Shown piece after piece: positions 10,054 through 19,426 of a DNA stretch of 64,000 nt. Origin of the DNA: Patescibacteria group bacterium (GTDB lineage Bacteria > Patescibacteriota > Microgenomatia > UBA10105 > UBA927); NCBI GenBank assembly GCA_035510735.1, contig DATKGN010000004.1:92705-156704 (forward strand). Direction: 5' to 3'. Every line of letters begins with the position of its first letter. The stretch's first letter is position 1. Both the position numbers and the translations under genes were made by a program. Below the pieces are notes generated by a model. That model had not been told where the DNA came from, did not search any database, and saw only the letters and a list, made by a program, of their open reading frames with translations.

Positions 10054-10515
10054 ATGATTACGAATAAAGACATTGAGTATCTAAAAATAGCCATAGAAAA
10101 TTCAAAAAAGTCATTTGAGGCGGGCAACTTTCCTGCGGGAGCCATAGTCGTAAAGGACGGTAAAATTCTCTCAACTGCCGTAAGTTCTCCCTATCCCGGA
10201 TTATTCCATGCAGATTCCAAAGCGGTGATAGAAGCGTTCAACAAAATAGGTCCATTAAAAGGCGCGACGCTCTATATTGGTCTTGAATCATGTCTCATGT
10301 GTGCGGGAGTTGCGTATTGGTCGGGGTTAAGAAGAATTGTTTACGCAGCACCAAAATCCAACGTGTCGGGTGATTATTATGAAACACCCCGAGATACATC
10401 CGAACTTATTACTTCTTTTAACGAACCAATTGAATTTCTTCACGTGCCGGAATGTGAAGAGGAAGCATTAAGAAATATTAGAGAGTGGGAAGAAAAATAT
10501 TTAAAAAAAATATAA
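10054..10515 (+). CDS. CMP/dCMP-type (cytidine/deoxycytidylate/TadA-like) zinc deaminase
   Basis: HAD...E (FHADSKAVIE) and ESCLMCAG zinc-binding motifs. Start chosen at the internal ATG to avoid overlap with the upstream gene. Confidence 0.7.
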   Translation: MITNKDIEYLKIAIENSKKSFEAGNFPAGAIVVKDGKILSTAVSSPYPGLFHADSKAVIEAFNKIGPLKGATLYIGLESCLMCAGVAYWSGLRRIVYAAPKSNVSGDYYETPRDTSELITSFNEPIEFLHVPECEEEALRNIREWEEKYLKKI

Positions 10516-10542
10516 GCTTCAATTCAGCTCTCTTCGCGAGAT

Positions 10543-11094
10543 ATGAAAAAAAAGACGAATATAAATAATAACATTTATCTATTTCTCGTATGTCTGGTTA
10601 GCGTAACTCTTCTTATTGATTTTCTCCTGAGCACGGGCGTCTTTATGAAAACGATAGATTTTTTCAACGAAGCAGAAAATACAAAAGTTAAGCAAAAATT
10701 TTACGCGGAAGTCAACACAATTTCCGGAATCCGGGTAAAACGGTTCGATACATTTGAAGGTATGGGTTTCGGAACTATAACCATTCTACATAAAGGTGAA
10801 GTTACATTATATTATGATCAAAATGGTCTTCCGTGGATCAGAGACATCGGTGAATTTGACACAGGATTTTTGTGTCCGAATAATACTATGTATCCGCTTG
10901 TATTAACGAAAAATAATAGTTTTTGGAAATTGTTTCCCTTCCAGGTTGTGAACCTTCGTCAGCTCGTTAATCATTATGATCAAATTATTTCAATCTTAAA
11001 GACGTTCCCGAAATCTCCCAACCCCAACTTTACAATTGACGTGCCGACCGGGATTTTTTCACATACGTCCTGCAACCTATATTTTAATAAGTAG
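10543..11094 (+). CDS. hypothetical N-terminally membrane-anchored protein
   Basis: N-terminal hydrophobic helix. No motif. Confidence 0.4.
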   Translation: MKKKTNINNNIYLFLVCLVSVTLLIDFLLSTGVFMKTIDFFNEAENTKVKQKFYAEVNTISGIRVKRFDTFEGMGFGTITILHKGEVTLYYDQNGLPWIRDIGEFDTGFLCPNNTMYPLVLTKNNSFWKLFPFQVVNLRQLVNHYDQIISILKTFPKSPNPNFTIDVPTGIFSHTSCNLYFNK

Positions 11095-11152
11095 GTTATT
11101 AGACTGTAAATGGCTCTTCGAAAAAATCTGGTGTTTTCTAATTTAACTATTC

Positions 11153-12424
11153 TTACGTCGGCGTCGCGCTGGGTGTCGCTGTGGTTGTAGGGTTCGCCGT
11201 CGGTGTTGTTGTAGGCGTCGGTGAGGGAGTTGCCCCTGCGGTCGGCGTTGGTGTATCGGTACCCGCCGGAGTCGGTGCCGGCGTTGATGCACTGCCGAAA
11301 ACAACACTCGGATTATAGTTATTTGCATCCGTAACGGCAAATGAACTTGTCGTATCCTGAACGGTAAGGGCGACGGTACCCGCGACCTGCGACACAACAG
11401 TGAAACTGGTCTGACCGCTTTGCGCCGTCGTGTCGTACGGGGGGGTGCTTCCGTTAATTTGAGTGCCTGCGTCACCCGAACTTACCGAAACGCGGATTGA
11501 ATCATCAGTTGATATGGCGTTTTTATTGCAATCCCGTATGTAGACCGTAAATGTAACGGTGGAGCCGACGGTAGTTGTGACCGGCGACGTCGGATAGATG
11601 TCGGAATACCAGGAGTTTGCGATACCGACGCCCGTCGTGCAATTGCCGTTTCCCGATGTGTTATTAGCGAACGTGATCGACGGGTTGTGGTTATGCGGAT
11701 CCGTAACGGTGAACGACCTTGACGTATCCGTGATGATATAGGTATCGATGCCCGTATTTGAAGAGAAGACGGGTATAGTGGCCTTGCCGTTTTGCGCCGT
11801 CACGGTCACCGGAGCGGTGGCGCCATTCACTTTCGCGCCTGAATCGGTATTGGTCAGTGTGACCGTCAGTGTATCATTGACCGGTGCGTTATTATTATTG
11901 CAGTCCAACAGTTCAACGGTAATCGTTGCTGTTGTGTTCACAAGAGCAGTATTCGTTGAGACAATCGCCTCCGAATTGTAGGCAGTTGGTATACCCACAC
12001 AGGAAGCCGGGGAGCTCGTTGATGTGGTGGTCGTATATATGGGGGCGATGGTTGGTGCCGGTGTATAGGTGGGGAGAGGAGGAAACGGGGTCGGCGTGAG
12101 ATATAACGTGTTGTCGCCACTGTCGCCTGCACCAAAATTACTGGAGGCACCCAGCAAGCCCGATTGAGACGGAGGTACCGTTTCAATGGCCTCAAACGGA
12201 TGAGCGGACCCTGAAGCATAATAAATATCATTTGAAGGAGCGTTCCCGTTTGTTTTCATCTGAGACAGAAGTTGGCCTCTCAACCGCATCGCAAACACGC
12301 CAAAGGCGCCCAGAGAAAGCGTGGTTACGAGAACAACGATGATCAGGATTTTATGAGCCTTGATTTGTGAAAAAACACTGTCTATCCGCTGGGGAAAACC
12401 ATCAAAATTTGGCAATTGCATCAC
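11153..12424 (-). CDS. Thr/Pro-rich cell-surface protein with N-terminal TM anchor
   Basis: TM helix near the N-terminus. Long T/S/P-rich low-complexity repeats (TPTPTAGATPSPTPTTTPT). Ig-like repeat character. Confidence 0.5.
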   Translation of the reverse strand: MMQLPNFDGFPQRIDSVFSQIKAHKILIIVVLVTTLSLGAFGVFAMRLRGQLLSQMKTNGNAPSNDIYYASGSAHPFEAIETVPPSQSGLLGASSNFGAGDSGDNTLYLTPTPFPPLPTYTPAPTIAPIYTTTTSTSSPASCVGIPTAYNSEAIVSTNTALVNTTATITVELLDCNNNNAPVNDTLTVTLTNTDSGAKVNGATAPVTVTAQNGKATIPVFSSNTGIDTYIITDTSRSFTVTDPHNHNPSITFANNTSGNGNCTTGVGIANSWYSDIYPTSPVTTTVGSTVTFTVYIRDCNKNAISTDDSIRVSVSSGDAGTQINGSTPPYDTTAQSGQTSFTVVSQVAGTVALTVQDTTSSFAVTDANNYNPSVVFGSASTPAPTPAGTDTPTPTAGATPSPTPTTTPTANPTTTATPSATPT

Positions 12425-12565
12425 GATGGAAAAATTATATCACTATTGTGAGCGGCGGATGTTCCTCTTGGTAATTTAGTTGACGCTACGGCAGCCAATC
12501 GCTGCTGAGTACAGTGACCGTAAACGGAGTTCTGATTGAATGATGCGGATAGAAATACCGATGAT

Positions 12566-14050
12566 TTATCTCTTTTCCGTGTTTGTCAGCTGCCGGTCGA
12601 TGTCGGTGAGCAGTTGGGCGGGTACGGTATCCGTCCTATACAATTCGGGAACAGCATTTCGCAGACTTCCATTCCCTGAGGGGTCCAGAAGTATGAGGAA
12701 TTTGGCGCCGATATCTGCAGCAATATTGGTACCCCAGATAGTGCCCCCGTGGCTTTCCACCAGTCCCTTCGCGAGAGTCATGCCGATGCCGGAATGGGGC
12801 ATGCCTGCGCGCGCCGAGCCCGAAACCCTGCGTTCGAAAATGAAATTAACGATGTCGAACAACCGTAAATCAAGACTGGTCCAGTCACCTGCAATTTTTT
12901 TCTCCGCATCTGTCAGATGGTCAAAATCTTCCTGCAACAGTTTTTGTTTTGACCGGAGAATCGCTGCAAAATCAAGTCCCGGACCGTTATCGCTCATCCG
13001 TACGGCGATGCAAGGCTCACCGTTAGCTGTGCATCGGGCAGCGGTTATGGCGACTGCCGGCTTGTCCACACGAGTATTCTCATCCTGGAACATGACGACG
13101 GTATTTTTGACGAACTGATAAAACAACAGGTGAAGCCCTGATTCATTCCCCGGGATGGTGAGGTCGGGCGCGATGTGGATGTCGATAGTGAATTCGGAAA
13201 TAGGCGTCTTTTTTGGATCATCAAGGTACGGATTACGGTATGTTACATTTTGGTAGTTGAGCGCACGAGCACGATTATTCCCAAACGCTCTGGCGGCTGC
13301 CTCGTCAGCGACCGTTTGTAGGACCTCGGTGAGATTGGCGTTTCCTTCGGGGAAGTTCCCCTCCGCCATATTGGCATACGCTTCAAACATCCATGATGCG
13401 CCCCGATGAAGCCCTGAAAAAATCCGGACGCCCATGCCGATGTTGCCCGGCTCTATTTGATCACGTTGTCGGCGTTTCGCTTCATTACTTTCCGCGTACA
13501 CTGCCAGATTCATAGCGAAGTTCGAAAATGCAGGAATAGCGTTTACATCATGTCCGAGATTGGCGCACAAATGCGACATGTCGGGATTATCAAGCAGCTG
13601 AAGATTATTATATGGATATGCATCAAAAGATCTGCTGCTTTGTTGGCTAGATCTTGGGTCAAAGAGATCGAGGGATACTGTGACAAGCCCGTCCCTGAGC
13701 TTATCGCGGTCATCAAACCAATTGAGCGTCTGCGTTTCGTTATAGGGAAGCGCAGCTAATTGTTCGGCAGTTAACGATGAGATGCGCTTGAAGACTCCCG
13801 AAACATGCGGTGAAGCTAAGATCTCAACCGCCCGGCGTGATCCGTCAATGATCTGCGTTCTAATGGATTCCCAAAGGAATGCTTCACGGTCGGGGTCTGT
13901 CATTGACGCCAGAATCCCGTCTATTTCCGCTCTCGCTCCGATCATATGTCGCTCCGCATCTGGTTTTTCCCAATACTGGGAGACCAGTCGGTTAAAGTCC
14001 GCGACTGAGTGGTTTTGTTCGGATCCGTCTTTTTGTTCTACATCCATCAT
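12566..14050 (-). CDS. GHKL/HATPase_c-domain protein (atypical soluble histidine-kinase-like ATPase)
   Basis: C-terminal DNGPGL (G1 box) and HSGIGMTLAKGLVESHGG (G2 box). No canonical HisKA H-box or TM segment. Large N-terminal domain of unknown function. Confidence 0.55.
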   Translation of the reverse strand: MMDVEQKDGSEQNHSVADFNRLVSQYWEKPDAERHMIGARAEIDGILASMTDPDREAFLWESIRTQIIDGSRRAVEILASPHVSGVFKRISSLTAEQLAALPYNETQTLNWFDDRDKLRDGLVTVSLDLFDPRSSQQSSRSFDAYPYNNLQLLDNPDMSHLCANLGHDVNAIPAFSNFAMNLAVYAESNEAKRRQRDQIEPGNIGMGVRIFSGLHRGASWMFEAYANMAEGNFPEGNANLTEVLQTVADEAAARAFGNNRARALNYQNVTYRNPYLDDPKKTPISEFTIDIHIAPDLTIPGNESGLHLLFYQFVKNTVVMFQDENTRVDKPAVAITAARCTANGEPCIAVRMSDNGPGLDFAAILRSKQKLLQEDFDHLTDAEKKIAGDWTSLDLRLFDIVNFIFERRVSGSARAGMPHSGIGMTLAKGLVESHGGTIWGTNIAADIGAKFLILLDPSGNGSLRNAVPELYRTDTVPAQLLTDIDRQLTNTEKR

Positions 14051-14159
14051 AAGTTGTCTCCGGTAAACATATCAAAGTATATCGCATTTTCCGGAGTTTT
14101 TCAACTATAGGCTAATTTGTAGCGTATTCCGCCCCGACCTAACGTGGACCCGGCAAGTC

Positions 14160-14220
14160 TTCGTACGCAGACTTGCCTGTCTACCTGTGCAGACAGGCGG
14201 AGGTCAGGGGAGTATACTTC
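14160..14220. repeat. intergenic hairpin + promoter-like module, copy 1 (CCTGTCTACCTGTGCAGACAGG ... GGGGAGTATACT)
   Basis: Inverted repeat cctgtct/agacagg at about 14177-14198 followed by ggggagtatact, 24 nt upstream of the DUF2207 ATG. Near-identical copies at about 19272, 22882 and 24533. Confidence 0.6.
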
Positions 14221-14233
14221 AAATAGCTTCCGT

Positions 14234-15934
14234 ATGAAAAAAGTACTTATTTTTATCCTTGCGCTGTTTTGCCTCGTTTTCCCTCTCGCTTCGCACGCCC
14301 AGGATTCGGAACATATTGAGAAATACGATACGAGCGTTGCTATCCGCAAGGACGGAACGATCCACGTCGCCGAACGTATAGAATATTTTTTCGATTCCCC
14401 GCGGCACGGCATATTCCGGGATATCCCGACCATAAAGACCAATGCTGACGGCAAAAAGTACCGGATGACGATCTCCGGTGAGTCGGTTACCGACGAAACG
14501 AACGGTCCCTACACATTTACCGTAACTCAAAACGGCGATACGGAAGAGTTAAAAATAGGCGATGCCGACCGAACCATAACCGGCACGCACCACTATGTGA
14601 TTACCTATGACGTCGCGGGCGCCCTCACGTATTTCCCTGGTCACGACGAGCTCTACTGGAATGCGGTGGGCACGCAGTGGACGGTGCCCGTGAGTGAAGC
14701 GTCCGTCATTGTGCGCTTACCTCAAGCGGTTGCCCAAAAAGATCTCAATGTCACCTGTTTTGTGGGGGTAGAGGGCGCCACAGGTAAGGATTGCACGGCT
14801 TCTCATACAGATTCCTCCGTAACGGTAACGGCGACCCTCGCACTTACCACGGGTGAAGGCGTGACCGTCGTCGTCGGATTCCCGAAGGGAATGGTTGCCG
14901 TCCTGGAACCAAAAGAGGTTGTCCCGTTTTTTGCGACACTCGCCGGCAAGATTACACTCCTTTTCATTATCATCGTTGCAATCTTCTGGTATATCGCGGC
15001 TCCCGTTCTCGTCATCCGCAAATGGTGGGTGAGCGGCCGGGATCCGAAGCCGGCGATGGGGGAAGCAGCGGCGTGGTTTAGTCCACCGAAGAATCAAAAA
15101 CTTAGAGATCTGACGCCTGCTGAGACCGGGACACTTGTTGATGAATCGGCGGATCTAAGGGACATCTATGCGACGCTTGTCGATTTGGCCCGACGGGGCT
15201 ATATGAAGATCATCGAAACGAAAAAGACCGTGTTTTTTTCAAAAACCACGGGGTATGATTTTCAAAAGCAAAAAGACTGGAAAAATGATCCGGGTGTGCA
15301 GCCCTTTGAAAAAGAACTTCTTGATGCCATTTTTGAAGACGGCGACCGTGTGAGCCTCAAGGATCTCGATCTTCATGACACGTTTGAAAAAGTAAAAACA
15401 GAAGTCTATACGTCGCTTGTCACTGACGGATTTTTCCCGGAGAACCCGCAGAGCGTACGGACGAAGTATTACGTTCTCGCATTTTTTGCACTGTTCACCG
15501 GGAATCTTATTCTCTTTCTTGTCGCCCTCCTGTTTGGTAAAAACATGCCCAGGAAAACGCAAGCGGGGGCGGAAGCGGCAGCAGTCGCCAGGTCACTTAA
15601 GAATTTTCTTGTGAGCCAGAACCGCGAGCTCGCGTTTCAGGCGAAAAACCAGATGATGTTTGAAAAGCTTCTCCCATTCGCCGTTGCCTTCGGGGTTGAG
15701 GAGATCTGGGCCGCCCGGTTTAAAAATCTTGCCCTGAAGCAGCCGAAGTGGTATGTCGCAAGCGGCAATGGGCCGTTTAATGCGGTATTTTTTGCACAAA
15801 GCATCGGGAGGTCGGCAAGCGTTTCGTTTGCGTCATCAGTGATGTCGAAATCCTCAAGCGGTTTTTCCTCAGGATTCTCAGGCGGCGGCTTCTCAGGCGG
15901 CGGCGGAGGCGGGGGCGGCGGGGGAAGCTGGTAG
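14234..15934 (+). CDS. DUF2207-family membrane protein with poly-Gly C-terminal tail
   Basis: Signal/TM N-terminus, beta-rich ectodomain with the HGIFRDIP motif, central TM helices and a GGGFSGGGGGGGGGGSW tail typical of DUF2207. Start at internal ATG 14234. Confidence 0.7.
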   Translation: MKKVLIFILALFCLVFPLASHAQDSEHIEKYDTSVAIRKDGTIHVAERIEYFFDSPRHGIFRDIPTIKTNADGKKYRMTISGESVTDETNGPYTFTVTQNGDTEELKIGDADRTITGTHHYVITYDVAGALTYFPGHDELYWNAVGTQWTVPVSEASVIVRLPQAVAQKDLNVTCFVGVEGATGKDCTASHTDSSVTVTATLALTTGEGVTVVVGFPKGMVAVLEPKEVVPFFATLAGKITLLFIIIVAIFWYIAAPVLVIRKWWVSGRDPKPAMGEAAAWFSPPKNQKLRDLTPAETGTLVDESADLRDIYATLVDLARRGYMKIIETKKTVFFSKTTGYDFQKQKDWKNDPGVQPFEKELLDAIFEDGDRVSLKDLDLHDTFEKVKTEVYTSLVTDGFFPENPQSVRTKYYVLAFFALFTGNLILFLVALLFGKNMPRKTQAGAEAAAVARSLKNFLVSQNRELAFQAKNQMMFEKLLPFAVAFGVEEIWAARFKNLALKQPKWYVASGNGPFNAVFFAQSIGRSASVSFASSVMSKSSSGFSSGFSGGGFSGGGGGGGGGGSW

Positions 15935-16009
15935 GCCGCTCGCCATCACGAACCCGTTCGTTAACGAATTACGTATTTCTCTCCGAACGCTACGAATACC
16001 CTTTTCCTT

Positions 16010-16693
16010 TTACGGGCAGTGGAGCTGCGTTTTGCAGGCGGTTTGCGCGGCGCCTGCAGGCAAACTATTACACGCACTGCATGCGGCATTCGCTGTGCCC
16101 GTGCCGGTTGCTGATGTGCCAGTCGTTGCGGCACCCGGTATCGTGATTGTTGTGAATTTAATATCGGTCGGAAGTGTAAATTGGGACATGTGAGGAGCCC
16201 AATCGGTGCACGAATAGGAAACGGTTTCGTTCATACCGACCCCCTGGTTTGCACCGGGCGTTGTACTTGGTTTTGGTGCATCGGCAAGGGCGATCTTAAA
16301 TCCCATTTTCGTCATACCCGTCCAGACGTAACTGTATCCGGAGTCAACAATCATGTGGGCCGTTATGGTGTTTCCCTGACTCTTTGTAGTAAAGTCCCCG
16401 CTCATTTTTCCCTGCACGGTATATACCGTGCCCGTGGTGTTTCCGTCTTGAGTGGTAAACGTACATGAGACTGGTTTACCGATCGACAAAAGATTTTTCA
16501 GCGTCCCCTGTGTTTGCGCCGCAGTCGCAGTCGTTACCATCGCGGTTGTTCCCGTAGGATTCGCGGTCGGACTTACCTGTGTTAACGTTTCTGGTGCGGG
16601 CGCTTTCATTGATTTACCCAGCATCATATACGCGCCGCCTCCGAGAAGAAGGAGGAGAATTATTACGATAGCAACAACAATTTTTTTATTCAT
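16010..16693 (-). CDS. secreted/anchored Thr-rich hypothetical protein
   Basis: N-terminal TM helix (MNKKIVVAIVIILLLLL) and T-rich linkers. Start at internal ATG. Confidence 0.45.
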   Translation of the reverse strand: MNKKIVVAIVIILLLLLGGGAYMMLGKSMKAPAPETLTQVSPTANPTGTTAMVTTATAAQTQGTLKNLLSIGKPVSCTFTTQDGNTTGTVYTVQGKMSGDFTTKSQGNTITAHMIVDSGYSYVWTGMTKMGFKIALADAPKPSTTPGANQGVGMNETVSYSCTDWAPHMSQFTLPTDIKFTTITIPGAATTGTSATGTGTANAACSACNSLPAGAAQTACKTQLHCP

Positions 16694-16961
16694 ATACCGC
16701 AAAAATAGCACAAGATAAGGATAAATGCAAACCGGGAGCTCATCTTTTTCTATTGTTCTTTAGATATCCCGTAGGGTATATACTGGGAGAGGTAACGCCT
16801 ATGGATCGATCACAGTATCGGATGTATCTGTTTTACTTTTAGACCGCCCGACCGGGCGGTTTTTGATGGTTGCTTAATGATCCGTCAGCTGACGGAGAGT
16901 TTAGAAACCATCAATCCCCATGAGAAAACATGGCGGATTTGTGGAGAGGAGGTGAAACGAA

Positions 16962-17657
16962 ATGAAAAAAATAGGTATAGCACTTTCCTTATGTTCTCTG
17001 GTTTTAGCGGTACTTGCGCTCAATTCTGTTCGGGTGTTTGCCAATGACTGGCAGGATCGCGGACACAGGGATAATGGTAAGCATTTTAACGGCGATTTCA
17101 ATACCGATAAACAATTGACGAGGTCAGCATGCGGCGACAAACTGGGTAAACCGATTATCGACGTGACCGAAAATGTACAGAACGACACTGATTCAGGATT
17201 CGGAGCTAACGTCTATTTCCCAAGCGCCGGAAATTACTGGAACGTCGAGAGCTACACCCGTCATATACAGGTGTGGCCGACCGGGGAAACGTCCTGGTGC
17301 GCCATTGTCCTTTATGATAACGGACACTTTAACGCATTTTATAAACAGACCGGTCCAGCAGGTACGGGAATTATCGGATCGGATGTTGACGGAGAAATGC
17401 ACGGCGGATACCGGGCGACGTTTAACGGTACGCTTCTCTCAACGACGCTGTGGTCAAAAAACGGTTTTGTCGGAACATTTAATTATGATTGCGACATAGC
17501 TGGGAATTGCGGTCCCGGTCGTGTCGACTGGGTAGGGCAATATTTTGGTCCGGGTTATACGGGTTTTGATCAACCGTGGTGGGGTTGGCAATATAAGGCC
17601 GGAGGTCACGGAACATGGGTAAACGCGCTTGAAGGTTCAACAGGAAATATCCTGTAA
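16962..17657 (+). CDS. secreted hypothetical protein (signal peptide)
   Basis: MKKIGIALSLCSLVLAVLALNSVRVFA signal peptide. Gly/aromatic-rich mature region. Confidence 0.45.
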   Translation: MKKIGIALSLCSLVLAVLALNSVRVFANDWQDRGHRDNGKHFNGDFNTDKQLTRSACGDKLGKPIIDVTENVQNDTDSGFGANVYFPSAGNYWNVESYTRHIQVWPTGETSWCAIVLYDNGHFNAFYKQTGPAGTGIIGSDVDGEMHGGYRATFNGTLLSTTLWSKNGFVGTFNYDCDIAGNCGPGRVDWVGQYFGPGYTGFDQPWWGWQYKAGGHGTWVNALEGSTGNIL

Positions 17658-17754
17658 GGATGCGTTTCGTATGTGCCTTAGTACGCGTAGCCTATCGGAA
17701 AAAGTGATAGGCGTGTGGTTGTGTTCTCTCCTCAGGGGTGTATACTACATTACA

Positions 17755-18207
17755 ATGATCGCTTCGGATTTCAGTTTACCGGACCAGGATGGAGTCACCC
17801 ATACTCTCGCTCAATATAAGGGGAAATGGGTTATTCTCTATTTTTACCCAAAAGACGATACGCCGGGATGCACCAAAGAAGCGTGTAATTTCCGCGACTC
17901 GATTGCCGAATATCAAAAATTGGGCGCCATAATTCTTGGCGTGTCCCGCGACAGCGTCAGCTCCCACAAAAAATTTGCCGATAAATATCACCTCAACTTT
18001 CCACTCCTCAGCGACGAAAGTACCAAGATGATACAAGCCTATGAAGCATGGGGAGAGAAGAAATTCATGGGAAAAACATTCACCGGGGTTCTTCGGACCA
18101 CATATCTCATTAATCCTGCGGGAGAAATTCAAAAGGTCTACAAAGACGTCAATCCCCTCGTTCATGCGGGCGAAATCCTCGCAGATCTCAAAAAGTCCGC
18201 AACGTAA
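17755..18207 (+). CDS. bcp: thiol peroxidase Bcp (peroxiredoxin)
   Basis: FSLPDQDG...KWVILYFYPKDDTPGCTKEAC peroxiredoxin active site. Start at internal ATG 17755. Confidence 0.8.
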   Translation: MIASDFSLPDQDGVTHTLAQYKGKWVILYFYPKDDTPGCTKEACNFRDSIAEYQKLGAIILGVSRDSVSSHKKFADKYHLNFPLLSDESTKMIQAYEAWGEKKFMGKTFTGVLRTTYLINPAGEIQKVYKDVNPLVHAGEILADLKKSAT

Positions 18208-18261
18208 TCCGATTGATTGATTATACTGAATCCATAAAGTGTGTTCCGATTAAGTCGGAGG

Positions 18262-18267
18262 TATAAT
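18262..18267 (+). promoter_or_regulatory. putative -10 element (TATAAT) within a GGAGGTATAATTT motif
   Basis: tataat 12 nt upstream of the RhuM-Fic start. Same GGAGTATAAT-type motif as upstream of several island genes. Confidence 0.35.
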
Positions 18268-18278
18268 TTGAGTAACGT

Positions 18279-19244
18279 ATGAAAAATAAATCCATAAAAA
18301 ATGACATCGTTATATATCAGGCTAAATCCGGTGCAATTGAGCTGAAAGGCGATTTTGCAAAAGAAACCATCTGGGCGACGCAGGCTCAGCTTGTTGATAT
18401 TTTTGAAATTGATCAGTCTGTAGCGTCAAGGCATATCAGTAACATATTTAACGATGGCGAGATATCAAAAGAAAGCAATATGCAAAAAATGCATAATGCA
18501 AATTCTGACAAACCAGTAATCTTATATTCACTTGATGTGATATTAGCCGTTGGTTATCGTGCTAATTCAGCACGAGCTATCCGCTTTCGTAAATGGGCGA
18601 CGCAGGTATTGAGAAACCATTTGATTAATGGTTATACGATTAACCGTTCACGCATCGCCAAAAATTACGGTAAATTTCTTAAAGCCGTTGAGCAGATAAA
18701 ACAGTTATTGCCTGAAAGCGGAAATGTGAGCACGGACAGCGCACTGGATCTCGTTTCGCTTTTTGCAAGCACGTGGATATCCCTTGAAGCATATGATACG
18801 TCGGTTTTGCCGGTGGCAGGCGCGACGCAAAAACAGGTTTCACTCACTGCACAGAATCTGGAGTCGGTTTTGAGAGAATTTAAGCATGAGTTGATGAAAC
18901 GGAAACAGGCGAGTGAGTTGTTCGGCCGGGAGCGGCAAGCGGATAGCTTTACGAGCATTGTCGGCAATGTATTTCAGTCATTTGGCGGGCGCGATGTGTA
19001 CCCGAGTGCAGAGGAAAAAGCGGCACATTTGTTGTATTTCGTCGTAAAAGATCATCCGTTTACCGACGGGAACAAACGGAATGGTGCGTTTGTGTTTATC
19101 TGGATTCTTAAGAAAGCGCGCCTCCTGAACGTTGGCCGTCTGACTCCTGAAGCTCTGACAGCGCTTACGTTATTGGTCGCAGAGAGCGATCCGAAAAATA
19201 AAGACAGAGTGATCGGGCTTATTTTGCTGCTTCTGAAAAAATAA
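18279..19244 (+). CDS. RhuM-family N-terminal domain fused to a Fic/Doc domain
   Basis: N-terminus matches the RhuM virulence-family start (IVIYQAKSGAIELKGDFAKETIWATQAQLVDIFE). C-terminal HPFTDGNKRNG Fic/Doc motif. Confidence 0.6.
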   Translation: MKNKSIKNDIVIYQAKSGAIELKGDFAKETIWATQAQLVDIFEIDQSVASRHISNIFNDGEISKESNMQKMHNANSDKPVILYSLDVILAVGYRANSARAIRFRKWATQVLRNHLINGYTINRSRIAKNYGKFLKAVEQIKQLLPESGNVSTDSALDLVSLFASTWISLEAYDTSVLPVAGATQKQVSLTAQNLESVLREFKHELMKRKQASELFGRERQADSFTSIVGNVFQSFGGRDVYPSAEEKAAHLLYFVVKDHPFTDGNKRNGAFVFIWILKKARLLNVGRLTPEALTALTLLVAESDPKNKDRVIGLILLLLKK

Positions 19245-19271
19245 TTAGAGCGCTTCCATTGACGATGGTAA

Positions 19272-19330
19272 ATGTATTTCGAACTAAGCTTGCCTGTCTA
19301 CCTGCGCAGACAGGCGTAGGTAGGGGATTT
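19272..19330. repeat. intergenic hairpin module, copy 2
   Basis: tgtatttcgaactaagcttgcctgtctacctgcgcagacaggcgtaggtagggg. The inverted repeat is identical to copy 1 apart from one loop base. Confidence 0.6.
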
Positions 19331-19426
19331 TGCCTCATTATCTCTAAAACACCGTGAATAGAGCCTATTTTTCACCCAAATTCATGATAAATTGACAAAA
19401 CACCGTGAATATGATAGTATACAGCC

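Noticed and set aside
10054-10515. CMP/dCMP deaminase as a possible nucleotide-depletion defence enzyme (dCTP-deaminase-type)
   Set aside because: The known defence dCTP deaminases carry an extra N-terminal kinase-like domain. This is a minimal 150-aa deaminase sitting outside the AT-rich islands and is more likely housekeeping (TadA/dCMP deaminase).
11143-11475. 110-aa Arg/Pro/His-rich ORF
   Set aside because: Alternative frame within the Thr/Pro-rich surface protein gene. Extreme composition. Spurious.
11153-12424. Repetitive T/P-rich coding DNA as a possible CRISPR or tandem-repeat array
   Set aside because: The repeats are imperfect, codon-phased and inside a long ORF with a TM anchor. 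There are no direct-repeat/spacer units and no cas genes. The window contains no CRISPR array.
12540-13118. 192-aa plus-strand ORF
   Set aside because: Antisense to the GHKL ATPase gene and Arg/Ser/Ala-rich, as expected for the reverse frame of GC-rich coding sequence.
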